DNA of 64,000 nt from Nanobdellota archaeon. Lineage in GTDB: Archaea; Nanobdellota; Nanobdellia; Pacearchaeales; GW2011-AR1. The notes beneath the pieces are model-generated. The model was not told where the DNA came from and ran no database searches. It saw nothing but the letters and a program-made list of their open reading frames with translations. Below are positions 18,593 through 28,954 of this stretch, piece after piece (the stretch's first letter is position 1; each line of letters starts with the position of its first letter). The DNA lies in assembly GCA_038045385.1 (NCBI GenBank), contig JBBSYE010000001.1:42165-106164 (forward strand). The letters are read 5' to 3'. The translations under genes were made by a program, and so were the position numbers.

Positions 18593-20032
18593 CTAATCAT
18601 CAAAACTTTGGAATGAAGAGTTATAATTTATAACATCTTCCAATATAGAACCAGAATAGGATTTTTGTTTTTTCTTGAGGATATTGTTACTTCCAAATAA
18701 ATCATAGTACTCTCTATCATCATTCCGTAAAATATAGCTATTTCTATCATCATTCCGATTAGATAACTTTGAAAAAATACTATCATCTCCAGCTCTTGCT
18801 CTACCGACATCAAAAGTAAATGGCACTCCACTTTCTCTTAACAAAGTAAAAACTGCATCAAGTTTGCCTATGTCAATCTCGTTATTATATTTATCACCAG
18901 TAAAAGCATACCCTTCAATAATCCCTCTGATAAATTCTTCTCGTGCGCCCATAATACCAACTACCCTTGGCCCATCTTCGGTATTAATCAATCCTCTACT
19001 TATTTTGCCTCCGACAATAGCGCGAGAGCTTATAGGATTAAGATGTTTAATATTAGTAAGAAAATCATATTCTCGCCTTTGTTGTCTTCGTATTTCTCGT
19101 TTGCCAAGCTCAAAAGAATCGCATGAAGCATCAAAATCAACAATTCCAACTTTAAGTTTATTCGTTCCATTTGAGAGAACTATATTTCCCCAGTGAGCAT
19201 TACTCCCCGAAGAATCAGGACAGCTCCATGTTTGCCCACTTTTATCCATAAGTTTTTTAAGTCTTCCAGTAGTGTATCCAATATCATACATAAGTTCTTT
19301 TGTAGCTTGAATTAATTTTCTCCCAGTAGAAGTTTCTCCACCATAACAAAAGATAGGTTTTCCTGTTGTAATATCTTTTCTCATATCTCCTCGAAGTCCT
19401 CTAGTATAAAGGTGGTCTAAAAGAACAAGGACTTCATCTACTCTAGTATCTCCAACAACTTCCGAAAGCGTTGCAGTAGGTCTTACTTTGCGAGCCAAAA
19501 CAGGATATTCCCAGAGACCCTTAACTTTCATAGCAGGCTCAATACCATGCCATTCAAGAGTCTTAGCCCATTTATCTGACTGTTCTTTTTCATATTTCGC
19601 ATTATGCGCTTTCTGCCCGCCCGCAATAATCCACCCATCATCAGTGTTTACAATTTTTGGATTTTCAGGATTGAGAGCAACCCCCTTTAATCTAAATAGT
19701 CTATCTGTTTTAGAACAATATACTAAAGTTGAACGATACCCGCTCCATAAACCCGGGATTATTTGAGGCTCTATACCAAGCAATCCCCTAGTTATTCGAC
19801 TAATTGGACTTCCATCAAGTTCATCTGAAGTCAAATGTTTTTCAATTTCATCATAATCCCCCCGTTGCGCTATCATTAAGTCATCATTTTCAGACCTATC
19901 CTTAAAGTGTTCAACAAGTTCAGGACTTACAACTCTAGGAACTCTAAGACTTTTGGGCACATCACTATCAATTTGTGCGGTGCCTTCAGTTTTTACCAGA
20001 AGGTTAGTATCCCGTTTTACAAGCAATTTCAT
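18593..20032 (-). CDS. Hypothetical protein (479 aa) with C-terminal RNDDR repeats
   Basis: No confident family. Contains the degenerate kinase-like HWGNIVL...VDFDAS segment. A nucleotide tandem repeat (TCTATCATCATTCCG x2, about 18.68-18.76 kb) encodes RNDDR repeats. Confidence 0.4.
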   Translation of the reverse strand: MKLLVKRDTNLLVKTEGTAQIDSDVPKSLRVPRVVSPELVEHFKDRSENDDLMIAQRGDYDEIEKHLTSDELDGSPISRITRGLLGIEPQIIPGLWSGYRSTLVYCSKTDRLFRLKGVALNPENPKIVNTDDGWIIAGGQKAHNAKYEKEQSDKWAKTLEWHGIEPAMKVKGLWEYPVLARKVRPTATLSEVVGDTRVDEVLVLLDHLYTRGLRGDMRKDITTGKPIFCYGGETSTGRKLIQATKELMYDIGYTTGRLKKLMDKSGQTWSCPDSSGSNAHWGNIVLSNGTNKLKVGIVDFDASCDSFELGKREIRRQQRREYDFLTNIKHLNPISSRAIVGGKISRGLINTEDGPRVVGIMGAREEFIRGIIEGYAFTGDKYNNEIDIGKLDAVFTLLRESGVPFTFDVGRARAGDDSIFSKLSNRNDDRNSYILRNDDREYYDLFGSNNILKKKQKSYSGSILEDVINYNSSFQSFDD

Positions 20033-20162
20033 AAAATATCCCCTAGTTTGTAGTTTTTAAATCTTTTGTCATTTTTAAGTTATAACTATTTGTTATTAAT
20101 TCATAATCTACTTCTCAAAATCTCTAAATAAAAGTTTATAATCTCACTTTTTAGTAAATTTC

Positions 20163-20729
20163 ATGAGCAAAAGCAGAAAAATAAAATTAGAAGGAAAGAG
20201 AATCATACTTAGGGGTCTAAGGAGAGAGGACGCATCAGATTTAGTTGCTATTGCAAATGATTCTGAAATAGCAAAATATACGCCCATTCCCTTTCCCTTT
20301 TTACCAGAACACGCTAAAAAACTAATAGACGGAACAAGAGCGTCAATTAATAATGACAAAGCTTATTTTCTCGGAATTGAGTTTACAGAAAAGATTATCG
20401 GAATGGCTGGGTTGCAAAGAGTAGACAGAACGAAAAGAACGGCAGAAGCAGGCTATTGGATTGGCAAAGATTATAGAAATCAAGGTTTTGCAACAGAAGC
20501 TCTGGATTTGGTTTTAGATTTTGGTTTCATGACAGAAAATCTACAAAAAATATGGGGAAGAGTCACAGAGAACAATGCCCCATCAATAAAGATTTTAGAA
20601 AAAAGAGGTTTTTCTTTATCTGGCCGAGTGCCAAGCTCAAGAGAAATTGAAGGTTTATCTGTAGATGACAGGATATATGAATTAACTTCTCAGCAATACC
20701 TTGGGAGTTCTCAAAAACTCTGTTCTTGA
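20163..20729 (+). CDS. GNAT family N-acetyltransferase (RimJ/RimL-like)
   Basis: 188 aa with motif A region YRNQGFATEALDLVLDFGF. Confidence 0.8.
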   Translation: MSKSRKIKLEGKRIILRGLRREDASDLVAIANDSEIAKYTPIPFPFLPEHAKKLIDGTRASINNDKAYFLGIEFTEKIIGMAGLQRVDRTKRTAEAGYWIGKDYRNQGFATEALDLVLDFGFMTENLQKIWGRVTENNAPSIKILEKRGFSLSGRVPSSREIEGLSVDDRIYELTSQQYLGSSQKLCS

Positions 20730-20853
20730 CGTCAAAGTGAACACAGTTTTCTGTTCAATTATTTGTGTTTTCCACTATAGGATATTTTAATCCCAATTTG
20801 TAACTACTATAAAGAAACGATATCTTTATATACTCTGCTAAAAAAATGTTCAT

Positions 20854-21906
20854 ATGCAAAAAGCAATTAACTTATATTTAGAAGCTTCCGATGCTCCTGA
20901 AAATGTAATTAGCAAGTTTGAGAAGTTAGTTAGAACTCTACCAATCCTTCCAAAAGACCCATATGATGCAGTCATTGCAGTTTCTTCACATCTAAAAAAA
21001 GAAGGTTTTTGCTATGATTCTAACAATTTTACTGCCCAAGACGTTCTGAATAAAAGAGCAGGCAACTGCTTAGGCCTACCCCTCATTATCGGAGCAATAC
21101 TTGATAGCAGAGATGTGGCTTTTACACCAAGAGTTTTGATAAATCCCCAAGATATAATTTCTAAAGAAGAAAGAAAATTTGTTGAACGATATAATCAAGA
21201 GATAGCGTATGATAAACCAAATCTAGCAGATCCTCAAATTGAATCAAACTCTGACGAATCAATAGGCTACCGATTTGTGCCCCTTGAACACCTTGTTTTA
21301 GTAGCAGGAGGTAGAGCTTTTGAAACTACCTCAACTGAATCTGGAGAAGTTAAGGGTGGCGAGTCTGAAAGAAGTATTACATATGCTCAAGCAGTAAGTT
21401 TTGTTTTAAAAGATAGGGCTATTGAAAAAATTAATAATGGCGAAACGAAAGAATCTAAACAACTAGCCGAAAGAGGGCTACAAATGTGGCCAGAAAACAG
21501 AGAGCTTAATGGTCTTTGTGCAGATATAGAAAACATGCTTGGAAATTATTCTGTAAGGCAAGGTTTTTTGGAAAAATACAAAACTATTGGGGGAAATGAT
21601 TCTCTCTTTAACTACAAACTCTTTTTCTTAGAGAACAATCCCGCTTTTCTAGATAACGCTCTTGCGATATATCCAGAAAATGCTCTTGCAATAGTAGAGA
21701 AGGCGGCTTCTCTTGTTCAAACTGACTTAAGAGAGTCCAGATTCTTATTTGGTCTTGCGTCCCATTTATATGCAGAATCCTCTATTCTTAGTTTAAGAGA
21801 TTTTTATACAAGGCACGTTAAAGAACTTTCACAAGTTTTTGGGGCAGGCGAGATTAATGCTCGTTTAAGGAAATATCTAAACAATCAAACCAAAAGAACT
21901 AAATAG
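20854..21906 (+). CDS. Transglutaminase-like cysteine-protease-fold protein with C-terminal helical repeats
   Basis: RAGNCLGLPLIIGAIL resembles the transglutaminase-core G-N-C catalytic cysteine motif. The C-terminal half is TPR-like. Confidence 0.35.
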   Translation: MQKAINLYLEASDAPENVISKFEKLVRTLPILPKDPYDAVIAVSSHLKKEGFCYDSNNFTAQDVLNKRAGNCLGLPLIIGAILDSRDVAFTPRVLINPQDIISKEERKFVERYNQEIAYDKPNLADPQIESNSDESIGYRFVPLEHLVLVAGGRAFETTSTESGEVKGGESERSITYAQAVSFVLKDRAIEKINNGETKESKQLAERGLQMWPENRELNGLCADIENMLGNYSVRQGFLEKYKTIGGNDSLFNYKLFFLENNPAFLDNALAIYPENALAIVEKAASLVQTDLRESRFLFGLASHLYAESSILSLRDFYTRHVKELSQVFGAGEINARLRKYLNNQTKRTK

Positions 21907-21926
21907 CCAAATATACTCACAAAAAA

Positions 21927-22232
21927 ATGACATACGAACAATCTATGAGAATGGCCATGAAGATGGGGGGCCCAAGTGGAGATGTGATTCAGAGGATGAG
22001 TCTTAGTCCTCCAATAGCAAATTCCATCGAGGAAGCTCGTAGCATCGGCTCTTCGCGAAAGGTTGAAAAATCATCTTCGTTAGACGAGGCTGGATTAAAT
22101 CATATTCGTAGTTATCTATCGAGTCATCCAAGGGCAGTCAACCGAGATTTAATTGACTATCTAGCAGGGAGCGGTTATTCAGTAAATACTACAGACATAA
22201 ATCTTGCAAGAAGCTTATTAGAAACTGAATAA
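21927..22232 (+). CDS. Hypothetical protein
   Basis: 101-aa ORF. Confidence 0.3.
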   Translation: MTYEQSMRMAMKMGGPSGDVIQRMSLSPPIANSIEEARSIGSSRKVEKSSSLDEAGLNHIRSYLSSHPRAVNRDLIDYLAGSGYSVNTTDINLARSLLETE

Positions 22233-22243
22233 AATTTTTTGAT

Positions 22244-25057
22244 TCACTTCTCAATCTTCGCACAAAACTCGCAATTCTTCTCGGCCTTACAAAAAGCAAA
22301 ACCTTTCTTATAACATTCAAGAATTTCTTTAGCCGCCTCAATTATCTCCTTCCTAACTTCATGCAAAGAAAAAGCCATCCTATTGCTCCTAGAGTCTCTA
22401 GCAATACCCATGTTATCAATCTCATATTCCAACGGCTTCTCATTCTTAAAAACATCAAGAGTCACACGCTTCACATTCCCCAATCTTTGAGCCGCTAAAG
22501 CATAAAATCCTAACTGCCAATCTCTCTCACGTCCGTAAGGCACATGCGCTCCAGTTTTATAATCAATAATCTCAATCCAATCAAGATGGAAATCAATTCT
22601 ATCAGCATAACCTATAAAACGCAAACCATCAAGCGAAAGAAATAAAGACTGCTCGTTCTTAGACTCTTTATTATACTTATTTTTATTTCTCTCGAAAAAT
22701 ATTTTTAAAAGATGCTCTGCCTCTTTCAAATTAACTCCTCTCCACTCTGCCTTGAGGGCCATCTGTTCAGCAAGAGAAATAAATTGCCTATCGCTAGTAA
22801 AAAGCTCTTTAACGCCCTCTTCAATAATCAAATGCACAAAGCTACCAAGAGAGCGTTGCTCCCAAGTCACAATTTCTTCAGGCATATTAAACACATACTT
22901 ATACTCATATTTTTTTTGACAATCTTTGAACAAATTTAACGCCGAAGGAGAAAATGTAATGTCTTTCTTAACTTCAATCTTTTCAGTTACTCCAAAATCT
23001 GAGTCAATCTCCTCGGTTTTATCTAAATCTCTCAAGAAGGTAACATTCTCATTATTCTTAAAATCAATTTCATTCAGAAATTGACTAACCTCTAAATTCT
23101 TTGCACCATATTTCTGCGCATAAGTCAAATAAAGTCGCTTCTTAGTTCTAGTACAGGCCACGTAAAACAATCTCCTTTCTTCAGCAAGTTGTTGCTCCTC
23201 TTGCTCTTCCTCAGAAGTCAAGTTAAAATCAGCAGGAATAAGCTTATTTCCAGAAATTGTAGTAATAGGAAATTTACCTTGAACTAAATTAGCAATTATA
23301 ACAATCTCATATTCAAGCCCCTTAGTAGCATGGGCAGTCATTATTCTCACTCCCTCGCTTTTAGCTTTAGGCATCGCCAAGTCTAGCCCAAGATGCGTCC
23401 TAGCGTCCAAATGTGCAAGAAAGCTCTCTAGGTCGGCATACTCACGCTCACTAAATTCTTTAGCATATTCAGTAAAAGTTTGGATTATAGCATTCTCTCC
23501 ATCCTCTTCCCTTGAAACTCTTGAAGCAATATTTGCTATCAAAGCAGATAGCTGTTGGCCTTTTAATTTCTCCAATTCCCTCAACAAAACCTGCATAATC
23601 TCAAATTTTTTCTTAGATTCATTAGAAAAAATTTCAGGAACATTTTTCAGCAGATACAAAGACAAGCCCTCGGCCCCTTTGTGCTCTCGAACATATTTTC
23701 CAAACTTTCCTAACTCCTCTCCATCAATTCCTTGAATCTTAGCAAATCCCCACCAAGCGTTACTTCCCCCAGATTTAGCCTGAAATATTTTATCTAATAT
23801 CACACACAAATTCCTGATAAGCTCAATCCTAGTATGAGCAAGTAAAGATTGCCTTTTTGATGAGCTAAACACAATTCCTCTACCTTGCAACGCTTTCTTT
23901 AGCAAGTTTGCCTGATTATGTGTTCTAAAAAGCACACAAATTTCTCCTCCAAGAACACCGCTCTTAATTTCAGACTCAATAATCTCCACAATCTTTCTCA
24001 CTTCTTCTTTGCTATCAAGCAATTCAATCACATTAACTTTCTCGCCTTCGATTTCTCTCGCATTCAAAACTGAAAAGCATTCATCTTTATCTTTGTAATT
24101 ATTTTCAATAGCCTTATGTGCAACTTTCAATATTTTATTTGGAGAGCGATGTGACTTATCCAACTTAACAAATTCCGTTTTCCCATATCGCTTCTTAAAT
24201 TCATCAAAAGTTCCGCCATAAGCTCCTCTAAACTGATAAATAGACTGATTCAAATCTCCGACTATAGTAATATTCCCTCTAGGCGCAAGAGCAAATAGCA
24301 AGTCTAACTGTATCTTATTTGTGTCCTGAAATTCATCAACTATAAGATATCCAAAATTACTCGCCAAACTTGGCTCTTTCTCCAGTAATTTTAAAGCATA
24401 ATAATGCAAGTCAGAATAATCAAGCATATTATATTTTAACTTTATTTTTTCATAGCCCCTCCAGCTTTGCAAAAATCTTCTCTGTTGCACATACGTTCCA
24501 AGCCGCTCAATTTCTTTTTTAATCTCATCTTTTTCCTCTTTCTCCAATCTAGTTGAATGATGTCTCAAGGTAAGCTTCTCAAGTTCAGCTTCAGGATTAT
24601 CAGGAAAATCTTTTGCGCTATTTTTCAAAAAAGATTCATACTTTTCAAGCATAATAGAAGATTCTTTCAAAGCCCCAATCGCCTCAATATACTGGCTACA
24701 TCTAATTGGAATGGTCTTAAAATATTGATAAAGCATTATCATTCCATCTTCAGGAGTTATAATCTTAAACTTCTTTGATATTCCAATTTTCTCGCCATAC
24801 TCTCTTAGCAAATCCCCACACAATCCATGAAAAGTCCGCACAATAGGAACTGCTTGCTCGCCAACCATTCCAACTAGGCGCTTATGTAAAGAATCGACCG
24901 CCTCATTTGAAAAAGTAACACAAGCAATTCTTCCAGGTGAGAAGATCTTATTTTTCACAAGATATGTGACCTTATCCGAGATAGTTCGCGTTTTTCCCGT
25001 TCCCGCTCCTGCAAGTATCACACACGGCTTATCAACACAAGAAAGAAAGTCCTCCAT
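22244..25057 (-). CDS. UvrD-like SF1 helicase fused to C-terminal PD-(D/E)XK (RecB/Cas4-like, Cys-cluster) nuclease
   Basis: 937 aa. N-terminal Walker A VILAGAGTGKTRTI with UvrD motifs. The C-terminus has GSFVHLIIEE...IDYKTG and a four-Cys cluster CKAEKNCEFC, typical of an AddB/Cas4-type Fe-S nuclease. Confidence 0.75.
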   Translation of the reverse strand: MEDFLSCVDKPCVILAGAGTGKTRTISDKVTYLVKNKIFSPGRIACVTFSNEAVDSLHKRLVGMVGEQAVPIVRTFHGLCGDLLREYGEKIGISKKFKIITPEDGMIMLYQYFKTIPIRCSQYIEAIGALKESSIMLEKYESFLKNSAKDFPDNPEAELEKLTLRHHSTRLEKEEKDEIKKEIERLGTYVQQRRFLQSWRGYEKIKLKYNMLDYSDLHYYALKLLEKEPSLASNFGYLIVDEFQDTNKIQLDLLFALAPRGNITIVGDLNQSIYQFRGAYGGTFDEFKKRYGKTEFVKLDKSHRSPNKILKVAHKAIENNYKDKDECFSVLNAREIEGEKVNVIELLDSKEEVRKIVEIIESEIKSGVLGGEICVLFRTHNQANLLKKALQGRGIVFSSSKRQSLLAHTRIELIRNLCVILDKIFQAKSGGSNAWWGFAKIQGIDGEELGKFGKYVREHKGAEGLSLYLLKNVPEIFSNESKKKFEIMQVLLRELEKLKGQQLSALIANIASRVSREEDGENAIIQTFTEYAKEFSEREYADLESFLAHLDARTHLGLDLAMPKAKSEGVRIMTAHATKGLEYEIVIIANLVQGKFPITTISGNKLIPADFNLTSEEEQEEQQLAEERRLFYVACTRTKKRLYLTYAQKYGAKNLEVSQFLNEIDFKNNENVTFLRDLDKTEEIDSDFGVTEKIEVKKDITFSPSALNLFKDCQKKYEYKYVFNMPEEIVTWEQRSLGSFVHLIIEEGVKELFTSDRQFISLAEQMALKAEWRGVNLKEAEHLLKIFFERNKNKYNKESKNEQSLFLSLDGLRFIGYADRIDFHLDWIEIIDYKTGAHVPYGRERDWQLGFYALAAQRLGNVKRVTLDVFKNEKPLEYEIDNMGIARDSRSNRMAFSLHEVRKEIIEAAKEILECYKKGFAFCKAEKNCEFCAKIEK

Positions 25058-25087
25058 GAACTCCAGAATGCAAGGAAGTTAAAAAGA

Positions 25088-25836
25088 TTGCTATGGGCAA
25101 GTTTAAAAAGCCCGTTCTTAAGAAAAATTATGGAATACTTAAGATTAATAGGAACTAGCAAAGAAAATGATTTAGACAAATCTTGTCTAAACGTCCCCTT
25201 AGAATACCAGCTAGCAGTTCTCGGAATAAATAATAAAGTCATTGCAAGTCTGCAAGGCAAGCAAGTAATGGACGTAGGTTGTGGCAATGGGTCTCTAGTA
25301 AATTATTTAATTAGTCAGGGAATACATGCAAGAGGCATAGACTCTAAAGCCCCAGAAGGGCCGCAGTTTACAAGAAGATGGGTCATAGGGCAGGTAGCGG
25401 AGGAATTCCAGCAGGGGACCGATCTCTTGACCTTATAGTCTCATTTCAAAATACAACTCTGAATCATGCGTTAGCTACCTCAAGAGACGGCATTTTGTCT
25501 TTCCCTAAATCCGGAGAACCATTCTATGAAGAATTTGATCCAATGAGATCAATAGTCGATGAATCAAAGGGACATGCACAATATCTAATCTCTGAAATTG
25601 GTCGAACATTAGCAGATAAAGGTAAAGCGATAATTTATCCATTACTTGTTTATCTCAACGAACACGCGGGACACTTACTTAAAATGGATAATCTTTTTCA
25701 TAGCTCTAGAAGAATAAAAGACAGAAAATTACTGGTAAGCTACTTAAAATGGGAAGATTGTCCTTTAACTGCAGCTAACATCGATAAAGAAGTTTGTCGC
25801 CCTTGGAGCGAAGTTTCAGTTATATCTAGAAAATAA
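25088..25836 (+). pseudogene. Class I SAM-dependent methyltransferase interrupted by a frameshift (ORFs 25088..25438 and 25378..25836)
   Basis: Motif I VMDVGCGNGSLV sits in the first frame and motif II SLDLIVSF in the second. Adding one C at about 25408 (ttcc to ttccc) restores ...AEEFPAGDRSLDLIVS. Confidence 0.6.
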
Positions 25837-26340
25837 TTATTATGCTCTTAAAATCTAGAACGCAAGAAAGTTAAAAATAAAAAGATTGCTATCCTTTAGC
25901 AACTTTATTCCAAAGGTAAGAATGATACTGCTTATAGTTTTCAGCAAGTTCTTTACTATCAAGCTCAACCCATTTCATTATAGGAGAAAAAGCATAACGT
26001 CTATGGCTTTCGAGATATTCACGAGCATCAGAAATATCTTTTCCTAATAAATCATAAAATCTTTCTTGAGAAAAATCTCTTTTGAGAAGCTATTTGCCCT
26101 TGAGTAGCAATTGCTCCAGCTAAAAGATAACCCGCAACCGTTTGAAGGACCTTGCTCATATAATTCAATACAGACATATCTTTTAAATCTTTCAGCAGAG
26201 ATACCTATAACGCAAGGCTTTTAAGGCAAAGAGATTTATGATAAAAATATACTCCCCAGTATTGCTTCGGTAAGACCGGGTTCCAAAGTTAATTTAATCT
26301 TTTCCCAGAGTCTTTATTAACAAAAAAAGCCTCTAATCAG

Positions 26341-26859
26341 GTGAGCGAAAAAGAGCGTGTTGCAATTTTCATTGACGGAAGCAATCTTTATCATAGTTTA
26401 AAAAAATATAAAATTAAATATAATTTTGAAAAAATAATAAGCAAACTAGAAAACAAAAGAGAAATAGTCAATATATTTTACTATACGGCTCTCCTTGACA
26501 AGTATTTTGACGAAGAAAAATATAAAAATCACCTAAAATTTTTAGAAAAACTAAAGAGAATACCTAAATTTAATATTGTTTTATGCAATTTGAAGAAAAT
26601 AATTCTAAAAGATGGCTCTGTTACATTCGCCATAAAAGGAGATGATGTTTGTCTCACAACCGATATTATTAGTGGCGCATATGAAAATCTTTATGATATA
26701 GCTATTCTTGTTTCTGGAGACGAAGATTTCGTTCCTGCAATCAAGGCAGTTCAAAAAATAGGTAAAAGAGTAATAAATGCCTTCTTTCCTAAAAGTTCAT
26801 CCTATATTTTAAGAAATTACTGTAATGACTCAATAAATCTTAGAAAAGAATTAATCTAA
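26341..26859 (+). CDS. NYN-domain (LabA-like PIN-fold) protein
   Basis: 172 aa with VAIFIDGSNLYHS...ILVSGDEDFVPAI, the hallmarks of the NYN/LabA family. The start codon is GTG. Confidence 0.7.
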   Translation: MSEKERVAIFIDGSNLYHSLKKYKIKYNFEKIISKLENKREIVNIFYYTALLDKYFDEEKYKNHLKFLEKLKRIPKFNIVLCNLKKIILKDGSVTFAIKGDDVCLTTDIISGAYENLYDIAILVSGDEDFVPAIKAVQKIGKRVINAFFPKSSSYILRNYCNDSINLRKELI

Positions 26860-26937
26860 AAAAGAAGTCCCATATGGAAACCACATGGGACAATTATTAA
26901 AAATCAGAAGCTAATCCAGCTTAAAAATCCTTCTATT

Positions 26938-28137
26938 CTACAAAATCTCGCCATAACCAATTAGTCGCCAATGGTTAGCAATATTACGAGCAATCGCAAT
27001 ATTCTCCCCCTTAAAAGGCACAATAGGAATACGTAAGTGAACTTCAGCTTCATCTTTCCCAAGTTTCTTAATCATTCCAATAGTTACCGAAGTGTTAATA
27101 CTCATCATAATAGTCTCACTCGGCTTTAAAGCATCAACATTAGTTTTTGCCTGCGCTCCCAAAACTTCCGAAAATAATTTATATTTCATTTTCAAAGCAA
27201 AAGCAATCTCCGGAAGTTTACCTGAATGAGAAACCACAGCACCAGAAAGCAAATCGCTCTTTCCCAAAGCCATATCTAAACTGGTCTCAATGCTAACGCT
27301 CCCCCCAGGAGTTATCTCGTTAACTTCTCCAGAACCTTTAAACAATTTATTTATTCTAGTCCTCAAGGTTTTATAATGAATCTGATTAGCTTCCTTAACC
27401 GCAATACCAGGCTTAATTTCAATTTCATCCCCAACACGTAAAATCCCCTTCTTTAAAGTGCCCCCAAGAACTGCCCCGCTTAGTTTCTCAGGCGTAGTTC
27501 CAGGCTTGTTAATATCAAAACTTCTAGCAACAATAAACATCGGATCGCCCTCTAAATCTCTTTCCGGAATTGGCAGCTCACATAGCGCCTGATAAATTTT
27601 AGAAATATTTACATTCTGTTGGGCGGACACAGGAATAACTATTGGCTTCTCTCCTCTAACTGCTTTAAATAACTCGAGAATTTCATTATAATTTTTCTTA
27701 GCCTGCTCTTTAGAAACTAAATCAACTTTATTTTGTAATACGATAACATTCTTTACTCGTTTAGCTTGAAGTGCAATTAAATGCTCTCTAGTCTGTGGCT
27801 TTATTCCCTCATTCGCAGCAACAACCAAAAGCGCAGCATCAACAATCGCAGTTCCAGATAACATAGTGGCCATTAACATCTCATGTCCCGGAGCATCAAT
27901 GAAAGACACATATCTCAAAGCTTTGCCTTTACTCTCTCGATTATATTCACCATTATTTTCAAAAATAGTAATATCTGCATATCCTAATTTTATAGTTATA
28001 CCGCGTTTCATCTCTTCAGAATGTGTATCGGTCCACTTTCCACTCAACCTCTGCAACAAAGTAGTTTTACCATGGTCAATATGTCCTGCAATTATTACAT
28101 TCAAAGTAGGTAGTTCTTTCATAAAAGTAAGATACAA
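26938..28137 (-). CDS. eif2g: Translation initiation factor 2 subunit gamma (aIF2-gamma)
   Basis: 399 aa. G1 motif GHIDHGKTTL, aIF2-gamma-specific LSGKWTDTHSEEMKRGITIKLGYAD, and DAPGHE. The neighbouring rps6e is the conserved archaeal context. Confidence 0.85.
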   Translation of the reverse strand: MYLTFMKELPTLNVIIAGHIDHGKTTLLQRLSGKWTDTHSEEMKRGITIKLGYADITIFENNGEYNRESKGKALRYVSFIDAPGHEMLMATMLSGTAIVDAALLVVAANEGIKPQTREHLIALQAKRVKNVIVLQNKVDLVSKEQAKKNYNEILELFKAVRGEKPIVIPVSAQQNVNISKIYQALCELPIPERDLEGDPMFIVARSFDINKPGTTPEKLSGAVLGGTLKKGILRVGDEIEIKPGIAVKEANQIHYKTLRTRINKLFKGSGEVNEITPGGSVSIETSLDMALGKSDLLSGAVVSHSGKLPEIAFALKMKYKLFSEVLGAQAKTNVDALKPSETIMMSINTSVTIGMIKKLGKDEAEVHLRIPIVPFKGENIAIARNIANHWRLIGYGEIL

Positions 28138-28153
28138 AAGCCTATTTTAAAGC

Positions 28154-28390
28154 TTATGTTGGCCAACAATAACTTCTATTAGTTAAAGCTACCCTTAAAG
28201 CCTCATCACTTAAAGGTTCAACACTACGGGCGCCACCACAAACATGTCTTATTGCCCTAGTAATCGAGACATTCCAAGCCCTATCCGGAATTGGCTCTTC
28301 AGAAGGTGCGCTCCAAGAAATAACAGGTCGCTCAGATAAACCAAAACAAGATTCTTTCATTCTCTCGCCAAAATCATAACCTAATGGCAT
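28154..28390 (-). CDS. Small hypothetical protein (78 aa from internal Met MPLGYDF...)
   Basis: Sits between rps6e and eif2g and starts 1 nt after the rps6e stop. The 132-aa track ORF extends upstream into rps6e and is probably over-called. Confidence 0.35.
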   Translation of the reverse strand: MPLGYDFGERMKESCFGLSERPVISWSAPSEEPIPDRAWNVSITRAIRHVCGGARSVEPLSDEALRVALTNRSYCWPT

Positions 28391-28391
28391 C

Positions 28392-28799
28392 TTAAACAGC
28401 AGGCTCTTGTGGCTTTTCTTTAGGTTTATTTTGATCCGGAAATAAATCTGCAAGTTTAGCGCTACCGTGTTTAACAACAACAATATTAATCTGACTAGTC
28501 TTTTCAGACAACTGCTTACCGCGAACGCTTTTTCTTCTTCTAATTCCCTCATGTTTATCGTGCATTCCCCATCCTCTAGTTAAGAGAACGCGCTTCAAAT
28601 TTGGCCCTTCAACATCTTTTCCATGAGGCAATCCAGAAATATCGGAAGCTCCAGCAATAGTAAATTCATATCCTTCTAGAGTTTCCGCAACATCTTTTCC
28701 ATGAATCTTATCTCCAAGTTTTTTACCGATAAGTTCCTCACTACCAGACTCGATTTTCCAAGTCTTTCCTTTGTCAGCTATGTTAACTTTGAATGGCAT
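28392..28799 (-). CDS. rps6e: 30S ribosomal protein S6e
   Basis: 135 aa. MPFKVNIADKGKTWKIESGSEELIGKKLGDKIHGKDV... matches the S6e N-terminal signature. Confidence 0.8.
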   Translation of the reverse strand: MPFKVNIADKGKTWKIESGSEELIGKKLGDKIHGKDVAETLEGYEFTIAGASDISGLPHGKDVEGPNLKRVLLTRGWGMHDKHEGIRRRKSVRGKQLSEKTSQINIVVVKHGSAKLADLFPDQNKPKEKPQEPAV

Positions 28800-28954
28800 A
28801 TATGCAGAGAATAAATGTGCTTTTTAAAGGTTTGTCTAATTAGGGCTTTGCATATAAATGATTAGTGTTTATTAAATCGTTTTACCCCACAGCTTGTGCG
28901 TCGAGTAGTTCATTAGATATACAAAAATGCAACGTTAGAATTATAGAATTTTAA

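Noticed and set aside
18593-20032. LAGLIDADG-type intein or homing endonuclease (from ...IRGIIEGYAFTGDKY)
   Set aside because: The motif match is too weak, and there are no Hint/Cys-Ser-Thr splice-junction residues in the expected positions.
28154-28552. 132-aa ORF overlapping rps6e by 160 nt
   Set aside because: The N-terminal 54 codons are antisense/overlap artefact. The plausible gene starts at the internal Met (28390) right after the rps6e stop.
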